From the NCBI GenBank assembly GCA_963704115.1, contig CAVPGY010000002.1:310132-374131 (forward strand): 64,000 bases of DNA, given 5' to 3'. Numbering within the stretch: the first letter of the stretch is position 1; each line of letters starts with the position of its first letter. Under the pieces are notes generated by a model that worked only from the letters and a program-made list of their open reading frames with translations, searched no databases and had not been told where the DNA came from. Shown piece by piece: positions 40,407 through 50,313 of this stretch. The translations under genes and the position numbers were made by a program. The DNA comes from an uncultured Chloroflexia bacterium. GTDB lineage: Bacteria; Chloroflexota; Limnocylindria; QHBO01.

Positions 40407-42349
40407 TGCGTCCGCGCCGCCTGCTGCCGACCGCTGCGGCTGCCGTCCTGCTCCTCGGCTCGTTCGCCCCAACCGTCGCCCCCGCGGTCCGGGCCGCCGA
40501 GTACACGATGGAGACCCGCGCGGGGTACGTGGTCCGCCCCGACGAGGGAGTGATCGATGTGACGGTAGCCATCACGTTCACCAACACGACGCCCGATCCC
40601 GAGGGCCAGTTCAGCGTCTTCGACGAGGTCAAGATCGCCGTCCACGACCTGGCCCAGGACGTGGCGGCGGAGGACGACGAGGGAGAGCTGGACGTGGCCG
40701 TCGCCATGGAGGGCGATGTGAACGTCGCCACGGTGTCCCTGCGCGACGACCTGCGCTTCGAGGAGTCCGCGGAGCTCACCGTCAGCTGGACACTCGCCGA
40801 TTCCGAGGAGCCTCGCCTGCGGGTGCGCCCGTCGGTCGTCGTCTTCCCGGCATGGGGCTTCGGGACCGCGTCCGAGGTCCGCATCGAGGTTCCGGCCGCG
40901 TACGAGGTCCGGGTCGACGGCGACCTCCTCGAGCAGGATGGCGACGCGCTCACCAGCGGGCCGATCGAGGATCCATCGCGCTGGCTGGCGCTCGTGACCG
41001 CGCTGCGTCCCGCCGACCACGTGGACATCGACGCGAACGTGCCGCTCGGCGGCGGCACGGCGGACCTCCGCGTCCGAGCGTTTGCCGACGACGTAGCGTG
41101 GGGCGAACGCATCTCGGCCCTCCTCGTGGAGGCGCTGCCGTTGATCGAGCAGGAGGTCGGCCTCCCGTACCCGCGCATCGGCCAGCTGGTCGTCACCGAG
41201 ACGGTTGCCAGTGGTGGATCGGGCTTCGGTGAGCAGCTGAACGGTGGGACGGAGATTGCCGTGGCCTTCGACCAGCCCCCGTTCACGGCCGTGCACCAGG
41301 TGACGCACGTCTGGATCTCGCCGGCGCTCGTCGAGTCCCGCTGGCTGCGCGAGGGCCTCACGAGCCTGGTCGCGGCGCGGGTGTCCGCCGCCCTCGAGGT
41401 GGATCTGCCGTTCGACCCCGACGAGCGGGCTGCGGAGCTGGTGGAGGCGGCGTTTGCCCTCGACGCCTGGACCGCCGACGCCGGCGTGGACGGCGAGGCC
41501 TACGGGTACGCCGCCTCGTGGGCGTTCGTGGAGCAGCTGGAGGCAATGGTGGGGTCTCCGGCCATCCGGACCGTCCTGGCGCGAGTTGCGGGCGGCATCG
41601 GGCCGTACCAATCCGCCGATGTCGTCCCGGACCCCCTTCCGGATGGCGTCGCCGCTCCCGCGTCCTCGCTCACCACGCGCTCCTTCCTCGACCATCTCGA
41701 GACCGTCAGCAAGCAGCGCCTGGGAGACGTCTTTGCCGACCGCGCCCTCACCGAGGGCGACGTCGCCCTGCTTCCGGAGCGCGAGGAGTCACGGGTGGCA
41801 TTCGATGTTCTGGTCGCGGCCGGTGGCAGCTGGCAGGCACCGGACCCGGTGCGCGGCGCAATGACGGCATGGCAGTTCGACGATGCGCGGGCACAGATCG
41901 AGGAGGCCGCTGCCTGGCTTGAGCGCCGCGACGACCTCCTGGCGGCGATGCGCGCGGTTGGGCTCTCCGCGCCGGATCGGCTGCGGCAGGCCTACCGAAC
42001 CCATGGGGGCGGAGCGGAGGCGGTCGACGAGCTCGAGGCCGAGCGGGCGGTGGTTGATGCCTATGCCGCCACGGCCGCCGACGTGAACGGCGAGCGTTCC
42101 TTCGTCGAGCGCGTCGGCCTCATCGGCGGGCCCGATCCGACCACGCAGCTGAACCTCGCGAACGGTCGCTTCGCCGATGGCGACCTCCGCGGCGCGATCG
42201 AGGCGGTGACTGAGGCTCAGCGCCTTGTGGCCTCGGCCGAGACCGGCGGCATCGTGCGGATCGCGAGCGCGGTCGTGGTGATCGTCCTGCTGCTTGCACT
42301 GGCGGTGCTCCTCGTGCGCCGCCGCACGACGTACACTGCAGCGCGATGA
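40406..42349 (+). CDS. secreted, C-terminally membrane-anchored gluzincin-like protein with HQxxH in place of HExxH
   Basis: The signal peptide is MRPRRLLPTAAAAVLLLGSFAPTVAPAVRA. The motif VHQVTHVW...WLREGLTS resembles the MA-clan HExxH...WLNEG. The C-terminal transmembrane segment is VVVIVLLLALAVLLV. Confidence 0.5.
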   Translation: MRPRRLLPTAAAAVLLLGSFAPTVAPAVRAAEYTMETRAGYVVRPDEGVIDVTVAITFTNTTPDPEGQFSVFDEVKIAVHDLAQDVAAEDDEGELDVAVAMEGDVNVATVSLRDDLRFEESAELTVSWTLADSEEPRLRVRPSVVVFPAWGFGTASEVRIEVPAAYEVRVDGDLLEQDGDALTSGPIEDPSRWLALVTALRPADHVDIDANVPLGGGTADLRVRAFADDVAWGERISALLVEALPLIEQEVGLPYPRIGQLVVTETVASGGSGFGEQLNGGTEIAVAFDQPPFTAVHQVTHVWISPALVESRWLREGLTSLVAARVSAALEVDLPFDPDERAAELVEAAFALDAWTADAGVDGEAYGYAASWAFVEQLEAMVGSPAIRTVLARVAGGIGPYQSADVVPDPLPDGVAAPASSLTTRSFLDHLETVSKQRLGDVFADRALTEGDVALLPEREESRVAFDVLVAAGGSWQAPDPVRGAMTAWQFDDARAQIEEAAAWLERRDDLLAAMRAVGLSAPDRLRQAYRTHGGGAEAVDELEAERAVVDAYAATAADVNGERSFVERVGLIGGPDPTTQLNLANGRFADGDLRGAIEAVTEAQRLVASAETGGIVRIASAVVVIVLLLALAVLLVRRRTTYTAAR

Positions 42350-43389
42350 CCACCGAGCAGGCCACGGCGGGTCGGACGCCGCACTTTCCGACCGCCGCCG
42401 ACGTCCTCTCGGGGGAGACGGCCGACGTCTATTTCGAGCGCGCCCGAACGATCCTCGCGGCCGAGCGTCTCGACCCCGTCGTCACCATGGAGGTCTTCTC
42501 GCGCGGTGAGGGGATCCTGTGTGGCGCCGAAGAGGCGCTGGCCTACCTGCGCGAGATCTTCGGCGAGGCGAATGGCGGAGACGATCCGATCGTGGAGTCG
42601 CTCCACGACGGCGACCCCTTCAGCTCGAAGGAGGTGGTCATGCGGATCCACGCTCGCTATTCGAGCTTCGGCCTCTACGAGACGGCCATCCTCGGCATCC
42701 TCGCGTCCGGATCCGGCTGGGCCAGCGCCGCGCGGCGGATCGTTGATGCGGCCGCCCCGATCCCGGTCATCGGCTTCGGTGCGCGGCACGTCCATCCCAG
42801 CGTCGCCGACCAGATGGACTACGCGTCGGTGGTGGGCGGCTGCATCGGCGCCTCCACGCCGGCCGGGGCGCGGCTGGCGGGCCTCGCGCCGACCGGCACG
42901 ATGCCGCATGCCCTCGTGCTGATCTTCGGCGACACCGTCCGTGCCGCCGAGGCCTTCGATCGCCATATCGACCCGGACGTGCCCCGCATCGTCCTCGTCG
43001 ACACCTTCAAGGACGAGACGGAGGAAGCGCTCCGGGTGGCCGAGGCCCTCGGGGACCGGCTGTGGGGCGTCCGGCTCGACACCCCGTCGGAGCGCGGTCG
43101 GGTGACCCCCGAGCTGGTCAAGGAGGTCCGCGCGCGGCTCGATCTCGCCGGGCACCCGAACGTGAAGATCGTCGTCTCCGGCGGCATCGACGTGGACCGC
43201 ATCGGCGTCTTCCGCGACGCCGGCGCACCGGTCGACTCCTTCGCGGTCGGGTCGTACATCAGCAAGGCGAGTCCGATCGACTTCACCGGCGACCTCAAGG
43301 AGATCGACGGGCAGCCGGTGGCCAAGCGCGGTCGCATCCCGGGGCGGACCGAGAATCCTCGATTGGAGCGGATCGACCTTCGGGCGTAG
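42346..43389 (+). CDS. nicotinate phosphoribosyltransferase family protein (short, archaeal-like type)
   Basis: Motifs: GTMPHALVL, VLVDTF and VRLDTPSERG. The start overlaps the upstream stop (ATGA). Confidence 0.75.
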   Translation: MTTEQATAGRTPHFPTAADVLSGETADVYFERARTILAAERLDPVVTMEVFSRGEGILCGAEEALAYLREIFGEANGGDDPIVESLHDGDPFSSKEVVMRIHARYSSFGLYETAILGILASGSGWASAARRIVDAAAPIPVIGFGARHVHPSVADQMDYASVVGGCIGASTPAGARLAGLAPTGTMPHALVLIFGDTVRAAEAFDRHIDPDVPRIVLVDTFKDETEEALRVAEALGDRLWGVRLDTPSERGRVTPELVKEVRARLDLAGHPNVKIVVSGGIDVDRIGVFRDAGAPVDSFAVGSYISKASPIDFTGDLKEIDGQPVAKRGRIPGRTENPRLERIDLRA

Positions 43390-43398
43390 GCTGGACCG

Positions 43399-43791
43399 AT
43401 GCATCCGGAGCCCGCCCCCGCGCCCGACGAGCGCGAATCGGCCTACGAACTCTTCCGGCGCGGGTCGCGCATGCTCTCCCAGGGGCACTTCGGTGCGTCG
43501 GCGGTTCTGCTGGAGCGAGCGCTCGTCATGGAGCCCGGCAAGGCCTCGATCCTCGAGGCGCTGGGCCAGGCGTACTTCAACCAGGGCGAGCTTGCCCTCG
43601 CCGCGGATCGCTTCGGCTCCATCGTCCACGCGGATCCGCTGGCGCATTACGCGCATTTCGGCCTCGGGCTCTCGCGGGCGCGCCTCGGCGACGCTCGAAC
43701 GGCACGACGGCATCTGCGCATGGCGGTCTTCCTCAAGCCGGAGAACGAGTCGTATCAGCGCGCGCTCGCGCGGCTGGGTGACGCTGCCTGA
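43399..43791 (+). CDS. small TPR-repeat protein
   Basis: TPR-like repeats: LEALGQAYFNQGELALAADRF and HFGLGLSRARLGDARTARRHL. Confidence 0.7.
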   Translation: MHPEPAPAPDERESAYELFRRGSRMLSQGHFGASAVLLERALVMEPGKASILEALGQAYFNQGELALAADRFGSIVHADPLAHYAHFGLGLSRARLGDARTARRHLRMAVFLKPENESYQRALARLGDAA

Positions 43792-43824
43792 CCACCAGGG
43801 CCGGGGACGCCGGTCCGGGCTCAC

Positions 43825-44907
43825 CTAGGCCGCGCGCCGGCTCCGCGTGCGGCGCTCGCGCGCAAGGCGGCTCTGGAGCAGGCCGAGGACGGCCGCCTCT
43901 TCGGGCCGCAGTGCGTGTGCTCCGCGTCCGACGCCGCGCGCCCGACGCGAGAGCGCGTCGACCATGGTGCCGTCGAGGTACCGCTCGACCACCTCCGGAT
44001 GGACGTAGCAGGCGCGGCAGACCGATGGGGTGTTGCCGAGCTGCTCAGCGACCTGCTCGATGGCCTGCACCACGGCCTTCTTGCGCCCGGCCGCGTCGTC
44101 GATCTCCAGAAAGTCCTCGAGGGCCATCGACGCCGCCACCGTACCGGCCCAGGTGCGGAAGTCCTTGGCGGTGAACTCCTCGCCGCTGATCTCGCGCAGG
44201 TAGTCGTTGACGTCGCCGGACGTGACGTCGACGCGGCCGCCGTCGGCGTCGTAGTACTGGAACAGCTCCTGGCCGGGGATCTCCTGGCACTGCCTGACCA
44301 GGCGCGCCAGGCGGCGATCGCGGAGCCCCACCTCGTGCTCCTTCCCGGCCTTTCCGCGGAAGGTGAAACGGATTGTCTCGCCCTTCACGGCAACGTGCCG
44401 GTCGCGGAGCGTGGAGAGCCCGTAGCTCCGGTTGTCGCGAGCGTACTCGTCATTGCCGACGCGGATGAGGGTTTCCTCCAGCAGCCGGACGATTAGGGCG
44501 AGCACCTTCTCGCGCGGCAGCCCGCGCTTCCGTAGATCGCGCTCGGTCCGGCGCCGGATGCGAGGGAGCGCACGGGCGAACTCGATGAGGCGCCCGTACT
44601 TCGCCTCGTCGCGCACCTCGCGCCAGCGAGGGTGGTAGCGGTACTGCTTGCGCCCTCGGGCATCGCGGCCGGTGGCCTGGATGTGGCCGCGCTTGATGGG
44701 GCAGATCCAGACGTCGGTCCAGGCGGGCGGGATCGCCAGCCGGTCGAACCAGGCGACGCGGTCGGGATCGGTGATGCGCCGTCCGTCGGTTCCGACGTAG
44801 TGGAACCGCTTGCCGGCGCGGCGACGACTGATGCCGGGGCCGTCATCGGTGACGTATCGGAGGCCTGCCTCCTCGGCGGAGGCCTGCGGGTCGATTTCGA
44901 GGGTCAT
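43825..44907 (-). CDS. DNA topoisomerase IB
   Basis: The N-terminus reads GKRFHYVG..ITD...RL.IPPAWTDVWI. RDARGRKQYRYH is present. The catalytic Tyr context is SVCRACYVHPEV. Confidence 0.9.
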   Translation of the reverse strand: MTLEIDPQASAEEAGLRYVTDDGPGISRRRAGKRFHYVGTDGRRITDPDRVAWFDRLAIPPAWTDVWICPIKRGHIQATGRDARGRKQYRYHPRWREVRDEAKYGRLIEFARALPRIRRRTERDLRKRGLPREKVLALIVRLLEETLIRVGNDEYARDNRSYGLSTLRDRHVAVKGETIRFTFRGKAGKEHEVGLRDRRLARLVRQCQEIPGQELFQYYDADGGRVDVTSGDVNDYLREISGEEFTAKDFRTWAGTVAASMALEDFLEIDDAAGRKKAVVQAIEQVAEQLGNTPSVCRACYVHPEVVERYLDGTMVDALSRRARGVGRGAHALRPEEAAVLGLLQSRLARERRTRSRRAA

Positions 44908-44917
44908 TCCCCACGAG

Positions 44918-45445
44918 CTATGGCAACCGCCGTGCCAGCCAGCTCACGCCGACGATCGTCTTGGCGTCCCGGATCTGGCCGTCCTCGATGGCCGCGAGTA
45001 GTTCGGGCAGCGTCATCCACGCCGGCTGCAGGACCTCGTCCGCGTCCGCCTCGCCGCTGGTGTCGCTGCGAAGATCGGTCGCGAGGTACAGGTGCATGAG
45101 CTCATCGCAGAACCCGGGGGCGGTGTAGAAACGCGGCCCCTCGACCCAGGCAGCGGCAGCCAGCCCGACTTCCTCGGCGAGCTCGCGTCGGGCGGTCTCG
45201 GCCGGGGGCTCGTCCGGTTCGAGGGTTCCGGCGGGAATCTCGAGAAGCACCTGGCCCGTGGCGTGGCGCCACTGGCGGACCATCGCCAACCGTTCGCCGT
45301 CCCAGGCGAGGATCGCGACGGCGCCCGGGTGCTCGACGATCTCCCTCGTGGTGCGGTGCCCGTCGGACCGCTCCACCTCATCGACCCGAACCCGGATGCG
45401 CCTTCCGGTCCAGGGACGGGACGTGCCAAGCGTGCGCTCCTCCAT
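44918..45445 (-). CDS. NUDIX hydrolase (ADP-ribose pyrophosphatase-like)
   Basis: Nudix box GTLEPDEPPAETARRELAEEVGL. Confidence 0.88.
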   Translation of the reverse strand: MEERTLGTSRPWTGRRIRVRVDEVERSDGHRTTREIVEHPGAVAILAWDGERLAMVRQWRHATGQVLLEIPAGTLEPDEPPAETARRELAEEVGLAAAAWVEGPRFYTAPGFCDELMHLYLATDLRSDTSGEADADEVLQPAWMTLPELLAAIEDGQIRDAKTIVGVSWLARRLP

Positions 45446-45923
45446 CGAGCCATCCTACGCATTCCCGCGGTGTGCCCTGCAGCCAACCTGCCACCGGCTG
45501 CGTCGCCGAGCCGTCAGCTGTGGCCGCATCCGGGGTCGTGAGTCCTCCGCGCGGTTTGCTCGGGCGCGCAAGGGGCCGTCGAGTCGCCGGCAGGTCTGCC
45601 CCGGACAACTCCGGACCGCGGGACAGTCAGAGGATCACCAAGGCATCGGCGCCCGGATCACGTCCCTCCCCGAGCGCCGCCAGGCACCCGCGCGTGTCGA
45701 GCGGAAACGTCTGGCGGATCATGCCGATGCGGGCATGGAGCCGCCGCCGATTTACGTGCGTATCGGCCACGAGCAGGACGACCCGGTCAACGCCGCTGTC
45801 CCGCTGCTTGCGAGCGGATCCGGAGGCGCCCGCACCGGGGCATCCGCGAGCCGATCCGGCGATGAGAGACGAACGTACGGATGGGCGAAGCCGAACGATC
45901 CGGGATAGCATGCGACGACCGGA

Positions 45924-47087
45924 ATGAACGAAGCGATCAGCAACATCTGGCGCCGCCCGCTGCGGGCGGCGCTCACCATCCTCGGCATCGTCATCGGCGT
46001 CTTCGCGCTCACCGTCATGGGCGCGCTGGCCGAGAAGCTGAATGTGCTCGTCGACGGGGGCGACGAGTACTTCCGCACCCGCATCTTCGTCTTCGACGAG
46101 GGAGCCGCCTCCGGCTTCCAGGCGAGCTCGCGTCCCATCACCCGCGACCTGGTGGACCAGATCGCGACCCTCGATGGCGTGGAGCGTGCCACGCCCGTGC
46201 TGCAGACCCTGCTCGATCCCGACGAGGTCGGTGGGTTCGACATCCCGGAGCTGCTCACCGGCATCGAGCCGCAGACCTGGTACGACGATCGGGTGGACCT
46301 GCGGGTGGACGCCGGACGGTTCCTGGAGGCCGATGACGCGGACGTGACCGTCATCGGCGCCGACCTCGCCGCGCGCTACGACCTGCGGGTGGGGGACACG
46401 TTCACGATGCGCGATCGCGCCTTCGAGGTGATCGGCGTGCTCGAGCGGACGCTCACCTTCCCGGACAAGATCGCCTACGTTCCGCTCCGCAACGCGCAGG
46501 AGATCTACGTCGCATCGGTGCCCGAGGCGTTCCAGGAACGTACCGATGAGCTCGCGACCCAGATCGAGGTCTTCCCGACCGATCTCGCCGACGCCGATGC
46601 CATCGCCGCGTCGATCGAGGAGGCCGTCGAGGGCGTGCGGACCGTGACACCGGAGCAGGTCGCCGACCAGATCGGGCAGGCGAGCATCGTCTTCAACCTG
46701 ATCATCGTGGGCGCCAGCGTGATCGCTGTCATCGTCGGCGGGCTCAGCGTGGTCAACACCATGGTGATGACCGTCTCCGAGCGGGTGCGCGAGATCGGCA
46801 TCAAGAAGGCGGTCGGCGCCCCCACCGGGGCGATCCTGCGCGAGTTCGTCATCGAGGCGACGCTGCTCGGGGCGATCGGCGGGCTGATCGGCCTGTCGGC
46901 GGGCGCCCTCCTGGTGGTCGTCCTGAACGCACAGACGGCCGGCTCCGGCACGACGGTCTTCCTGCTCACGCCGATGCTCCTGCTGCGCTCGTTCGTCTTC
47001 GCCACGGTGCTGGGGGCGATCGCGGGCATCTACCCGGCGCTGCGGGCGGCGCGGCTCGATCCCGTCACCGCGCTGCGGAGCACCTGA
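45924..47087 (+). CDS. ABC transporter permease, FtsX/MacB type
   Basis: 387 aa. An N-terminal transmembrane helix is followed by a large extracytoplasmic domain and three C-terminal transmembrane helices (GIKKAVGA...). Confidence 0.85.
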   Translation: MNEAISNIWRRPLRAALTILGIVIGVFALTVMGALAEKLNVLVDGGDEYFRTRIFVFDEGAASGFQASSRPITRDLVDQIATLDGVERATPVLQTLLDPDEVGGFDIPELLTGIEPQTWYDDRVDLRVDAGRFLEADDADVTVIGADLAARYDLRVGDTFTMRDRAFEVIGVLERTLTFPDKIAYVPLRNAQEIYVASVPEAFQERTDELATQIEVFPTDLADADAIAASIEEAVEGVRTVTPEQVADQIGQASIVFNLIIVGASVIAVIVGGLSVVNTMVMTVSERVREIGIKKAVGAPTGAILREFVIEATLLGAIGGLIGLSAGALLVVVLNAQTAGSGTTVFLLTPMLLLRSFVFATVLGAIAGIYPALRAARLDPVTALRST

Positions 47088-47090
47088 GCG

Positions 47091-47876
47091 ATGGCGATCC
47101 TCGAGGCTCGCGGTCTCAGCAAGGTCTACCGGCGCGGCGTGTCCGAGGTGCGCGCCGTCGACGGGATCGACCTCGATGTCGAGGCGGGGGAGTTCATGGC
47201 CATCATGGGGCGCTCGGGAAGCGGCAAGACGACGCTGCTCGACCTTCTCGGCTGCCTGCTTCGCCCGACCGAGGGCCAGCTGTCGATCGACGGGCGCACC
47301 GTCATCGGCGCCACCGATGGAGAGCTTGCGACGATCCGCCGTGAGCGCATCGGCTTCGTGTTCCAGGAGTTCAACCTGATCCCGAGCCTGACCGCCATCG
47401 AGAACGTCCTCTTGCCGCTGCGCTACGGGCCGCGACGGACGGACGCGAGGGCGCGCGCGACCGGCCTGCTCGAGCTGGTGGGCCTCGCGCAGCGTTCCGA
47501 CCACCGGCCCACCGAGCTGAGCGGAGGGGAGCAGCAGCGGGTGGCGATCGCCCGCGCTCTCGTCAACGAGCCGGCGGTCATCCTGGCCGACGAGCCGACG
47601 GGCGAGCTCGACTCGGCGACCTCCGAGCGGCTGATGGGCACGCTGCGACAGCTGAACGCGGATCGAGGAGTCACGATCATCATCGTGACCCATGACGCCG
47701 GCGTAGCGGGCGCCACCGATCGCGTCGTTCGTCTCAGCGACGGACGCGTGGTGGCCGACGAGCAGCGGGACACGCGGGCCTTCACGCGCACGCTGGCCGG
47801 CGACCCCCCGGTCAACGGCGGGTCGCGGGTCTGGGCCCGGCTCGGCCACCTTCTCGAGCAGGCCCGCGGCCGATGA
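47091..47876 (+). CDS. ABC transporter ATP-binding protein (MacB/LolD type)
   Basis: Motifs: GRSGSGKTT, LSGGEQQRVAIARAL and ILADEPTG. Confidence 0.9.
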   Translation: MAILEARGLSKVYRRGVSEVRAVDGIDLDVEAGEFMAIMGRSGSGKTTLLDLLGCLLRPTEGQLSIDGRTVIGATDGELATIRRERIGFVFQEFNLIPSLTAIENVLLPLRYGPRRTDARARATGLLELVGLAQRSDHRPTELSGGEQQRVAIARALVNEPAVILADEPTGELDSATSERLMGTLRQLNADRGVTIIIVTHDAGVAGATDRVVRLSDGRVVADEQRDTRAFTRTLAGDPPVNGGSRVWARLGHLLEQARGR

Positions 47877-48829
47877 TCGAGGCGATCGGGCTCGGCAAGC
47901 GGTTCCGCGCCATCACTGCGGTCCACGACCTGAGCTTCACGGTGGGCGACGGCGAGATCTTCGGTCTGCTCGGGCCCAACGGTGCCGGGAAGACCACCAC
48001 CGTCCGGATGCTGGCGGGACTCATCGCGCCATCGGAGGGGGCCGCGCGCATCAACGGGCATGAGCTCGGCGGCGGGTCGCAGCGCATTCGGGCCATGACC
48101 GGCATCCTGACCGAAGCGCCGGGCCTCCACGACAAGCTCACCGCCCGCCAGAACCTGGCGTACTACGGCCGGCTCTACGGACTGCGCGGAGCGGACCTGC
48201 GGCGAGCGGTGGACCGCTACCTGGGCATCGTCGGCCTGCCGGACGCCGGCGACCGCCGCGTGGCTGGATTCAGCAAGGGCATGCGCCAGAAGGTGGCCAT
48301 CGCGCGCGCCCTGCTCCACGAGCCAGAGGTGATCTACCTCGATGAGCCGACGTCCGGGCTCGATCCGTCCGCCGCGAAGCTCGTGCGCGACTTCGTTGCC
48401 AGCCTCCGCGATGCCGGTCGCTCGATCGTGGTCTGCACCCACAATCTGGACGAGGCCGAGCGGCTCAGCGACCGGATCGGGATCATGCGTGGCACGCTCC
48501 TCGAAGTTGACACCCCGGCGCGACTGCGGCGACGGAACGGCACGGCCATGGTCCGAGTCGAGCTGGTCGGGGCACGGCGCCCGGACTCGTTCCTCGACCT
48601 GCTGGCAGGCCTCCAGTTCGTGGTCGGGGCACGTGCCGATGGGGACGCGCTGCTGGTCGAGGTGGGCGACCCGCGCGGTGACAACCCCGAGCTGGTACGA
48701 GCGCTGGTGGAGGCCGGTGCCCGCATCGTGCACCTCACCGAGCAGGCGATCTCGCTCGAGCAGGCGTACCTCGACCTCGTCGGCGAGACGGGCGAGCGCG
48801 ACGCCGACCGCGCGGGGGCGGTGGCCTGA
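47873..48829 (+). CDS. ABC-2 type transporter ATP-binding protein
   Basis: Motifs: GPNGAGKTT, FSKGMRQKV and YLDEPTSGLD. The start overlaps the upstream stop (ATGA). Confidence 0.9.
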   Translation: MIEAIGLGKRFRAITAVHDLSFTVGDGEIFGLLGPNGAGKTTTVRMLAGLIAPSEGAARINGHELGGGSQRIRAMTGILTEAPGLHDKLTARQNLAYYGRLYGLRGADLRRAVDRYLGIVGLPDAGDRRVAGFSKGMRQKVAIARALLHEPEVIYLDEPTSGLDPSAAKLVRDFVASLRDAGRSIVVCTHNLDEAERLSDRIGIMRGTLLEVDTPARLRRRNGTAMVRVELVGARRPDSFLDLLAGLQFVVGARADGDALLVEVGDPRGDNPELVRALVEAGARIVHLTEQAISLEQAYLDLVGETGERDADRAGAVA

Positions 48830-49620
48830 TGCGGCCGGGCTACATCTGGGCGGTCATCAGCAAGGAGGCGCGCGACCTCCTCGCCAACCGGCTGCTGCTC
48901 GCCGCCGTCGTCTTCCCCGCGCTGGTCTTCGCCTCGATCCCGACCGCGATCGTCGCTTTCATCGAGCTCAACGAGCTCGACCCGGCACAGATGGGCCAGA
49001 TCCAGCAGTACCTGAGCCAATTTCCCGACCTGGAGCCCAAGCGGGCGGCCCAGGGGTTCATCGTGCTGAACTTCATGGCCTACTTCCTCCTGATCCCGGC
49101 CATGGTGCCGATGGCGATCGCCACCCAGTCCGTCATCGGCGAGAAGACGGCCCGGTCGCTCGAGCCGCAGCTCGCGACGCCGATGGAGGTCAGTGAGCTG
49201 CTCATCGGGAAGGCGCTCTCGTCGGCCATCCCGGCGATCCTCGCGACGTGGGCGGTCTACCTGCTGTATGGCTTCGTCAACGGCGCCATCACCGATCCGG
49301 TGATGACGCGGCTCATCTTCAACGAGACCTGGCAGGTCGCGATGCTGACGCTGGTGCCGCTGATCTGCTTGCTCAGCGTGCTGCTCGGGATCATCGTGTC
49401 CTCGCGGGTGAACGACGCGAGGACGGCGCAGCAGATCGGCGGCTTCATCGTCATCCCGGTGATCGGCGTGGCGGTCGCCGGCTTCTTCAGCGGCCAGGCG
49501 ACCTTCAGCATGGAACAGGTGATCATCGGCGACCTGGTGGTCGCGCTCCTCATCGGCCTGTCGCTCGTTGTCGGGAACTGGGTCTTCGACCGGGAGTCGA
49601 TCCTCACGCGGTTCGGATAG
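48829..49620 (+). CDS. ABC-2 type transporter permease
   Basis: 263 aa with about six transmembrane segments. The start overlaps the upstream stop (TGATG). Confidence 0.75.
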   Translation: MRPGYIWAVISKEARDLLANRLLLAAVVFPALVFASIPTAIVAFIELNELDPAQMGQIQQYLSQFPDLEPKRAAQGFIVLNFMAYFLLIPAMVPMAIATQSVIGEKTARSLEPQLATPMEVSELLIGKALSSAIPAILATWAVYLLYGFVNGAITDPVMTRLIFNETWQVAMLTLVPLICLLSVLLGIIVSSRVNDARTAQQIGGFIVIPVIGVAVAGFFSGQATFSMEQVIIGDLVVALLIGLSLVVGNWVFDRESILTRFG

Positions 49621-49626
49621 CCCCCC

Positions 49627-50301
49627 TCACCGTTCGACGCGGTCCTGGAGCTCCCAGGCGTGGTCGAGCACGTGCCAGGCAATGCGTCGGACGGCGTAGC
49701 GAGGTGACCACAGCTTCTGCGTGCGGCTGGGGGTCGGCACCGGCTGGCCATGGGCGATGGCCGTCAGCGCGTCGACGACCGCGGTATGGAGCTGGACCAG
49801 GCGCTCCGCCGGTGTTCCATCCGACGCTGCCGGCGCACGGCTGCCGAGCTTCGAGAGATAGGCGATCTCCGCATCCCGCACGTGATCGACGATGCGCGCC
49901 AGGTCGCGACCTCCACCCCTGGGGCCGGTCGAGAGACGCCGACCATGCGCCACGGCCATCGCCGCGTCGAACGTGTCCCACGCGGCCCGGAGGAGGGCGA
50001 CCATCCGATCGAGGTCGCCGGCGATCGGCTCTTCCTCGGCCCGTGCCGGGGTGGAGGGAGTGCCGAACTCGGTGCCGCTACCGCCGCGGAGCCGCTCCCT
50101 GGTCGAGATCGCCTCGACGGACGCGGGGATCTCGACGTCGAGGCCAGCGCGTGCGGCCACCGCCGCGTATCGCGGCCCGTAGGCGACCAGCGCCGCCAGG
50201 GCCTCGTCAGGGCTCCTGCCGCTCCGCGACCACCCCGGCCAGTCGAGCGCCGAAGCGAACGATCGCTTGGCGGCGACCTCCAGGAGAACGTCGACCGTCA
50301 T
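49627..50301 (-). CDS. DinB-superfamily protein
   Basis: A helix-bundle composition with spaced His residues (IVDHVRDAE...IAWHVLDHAWE). The match was made by eye. Confidence 0.65.
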   Translation of the reverse strand: MTVDVLLEVAAKRSFASALDWPGWSRSGRSPDEALAALVAYGPRYAAVAARAGLDVEIPASVEAISTRERLRGGSGTEFGTPSTPARAEEEPIAGDLDRMVALLRAAWDTFDAAMAVAHGRRLSTGPRGGGRDLARIVDHVRDAEIAYLSKLGSRAPAASDGTPAERLVQLHTAVVDALTAIAHGQPVPTPSRTQKLWSPRYAVRRIAWHVLDHAWELQDRVER

Positions 50302-50313
50302 GCCGGGGCCGCG

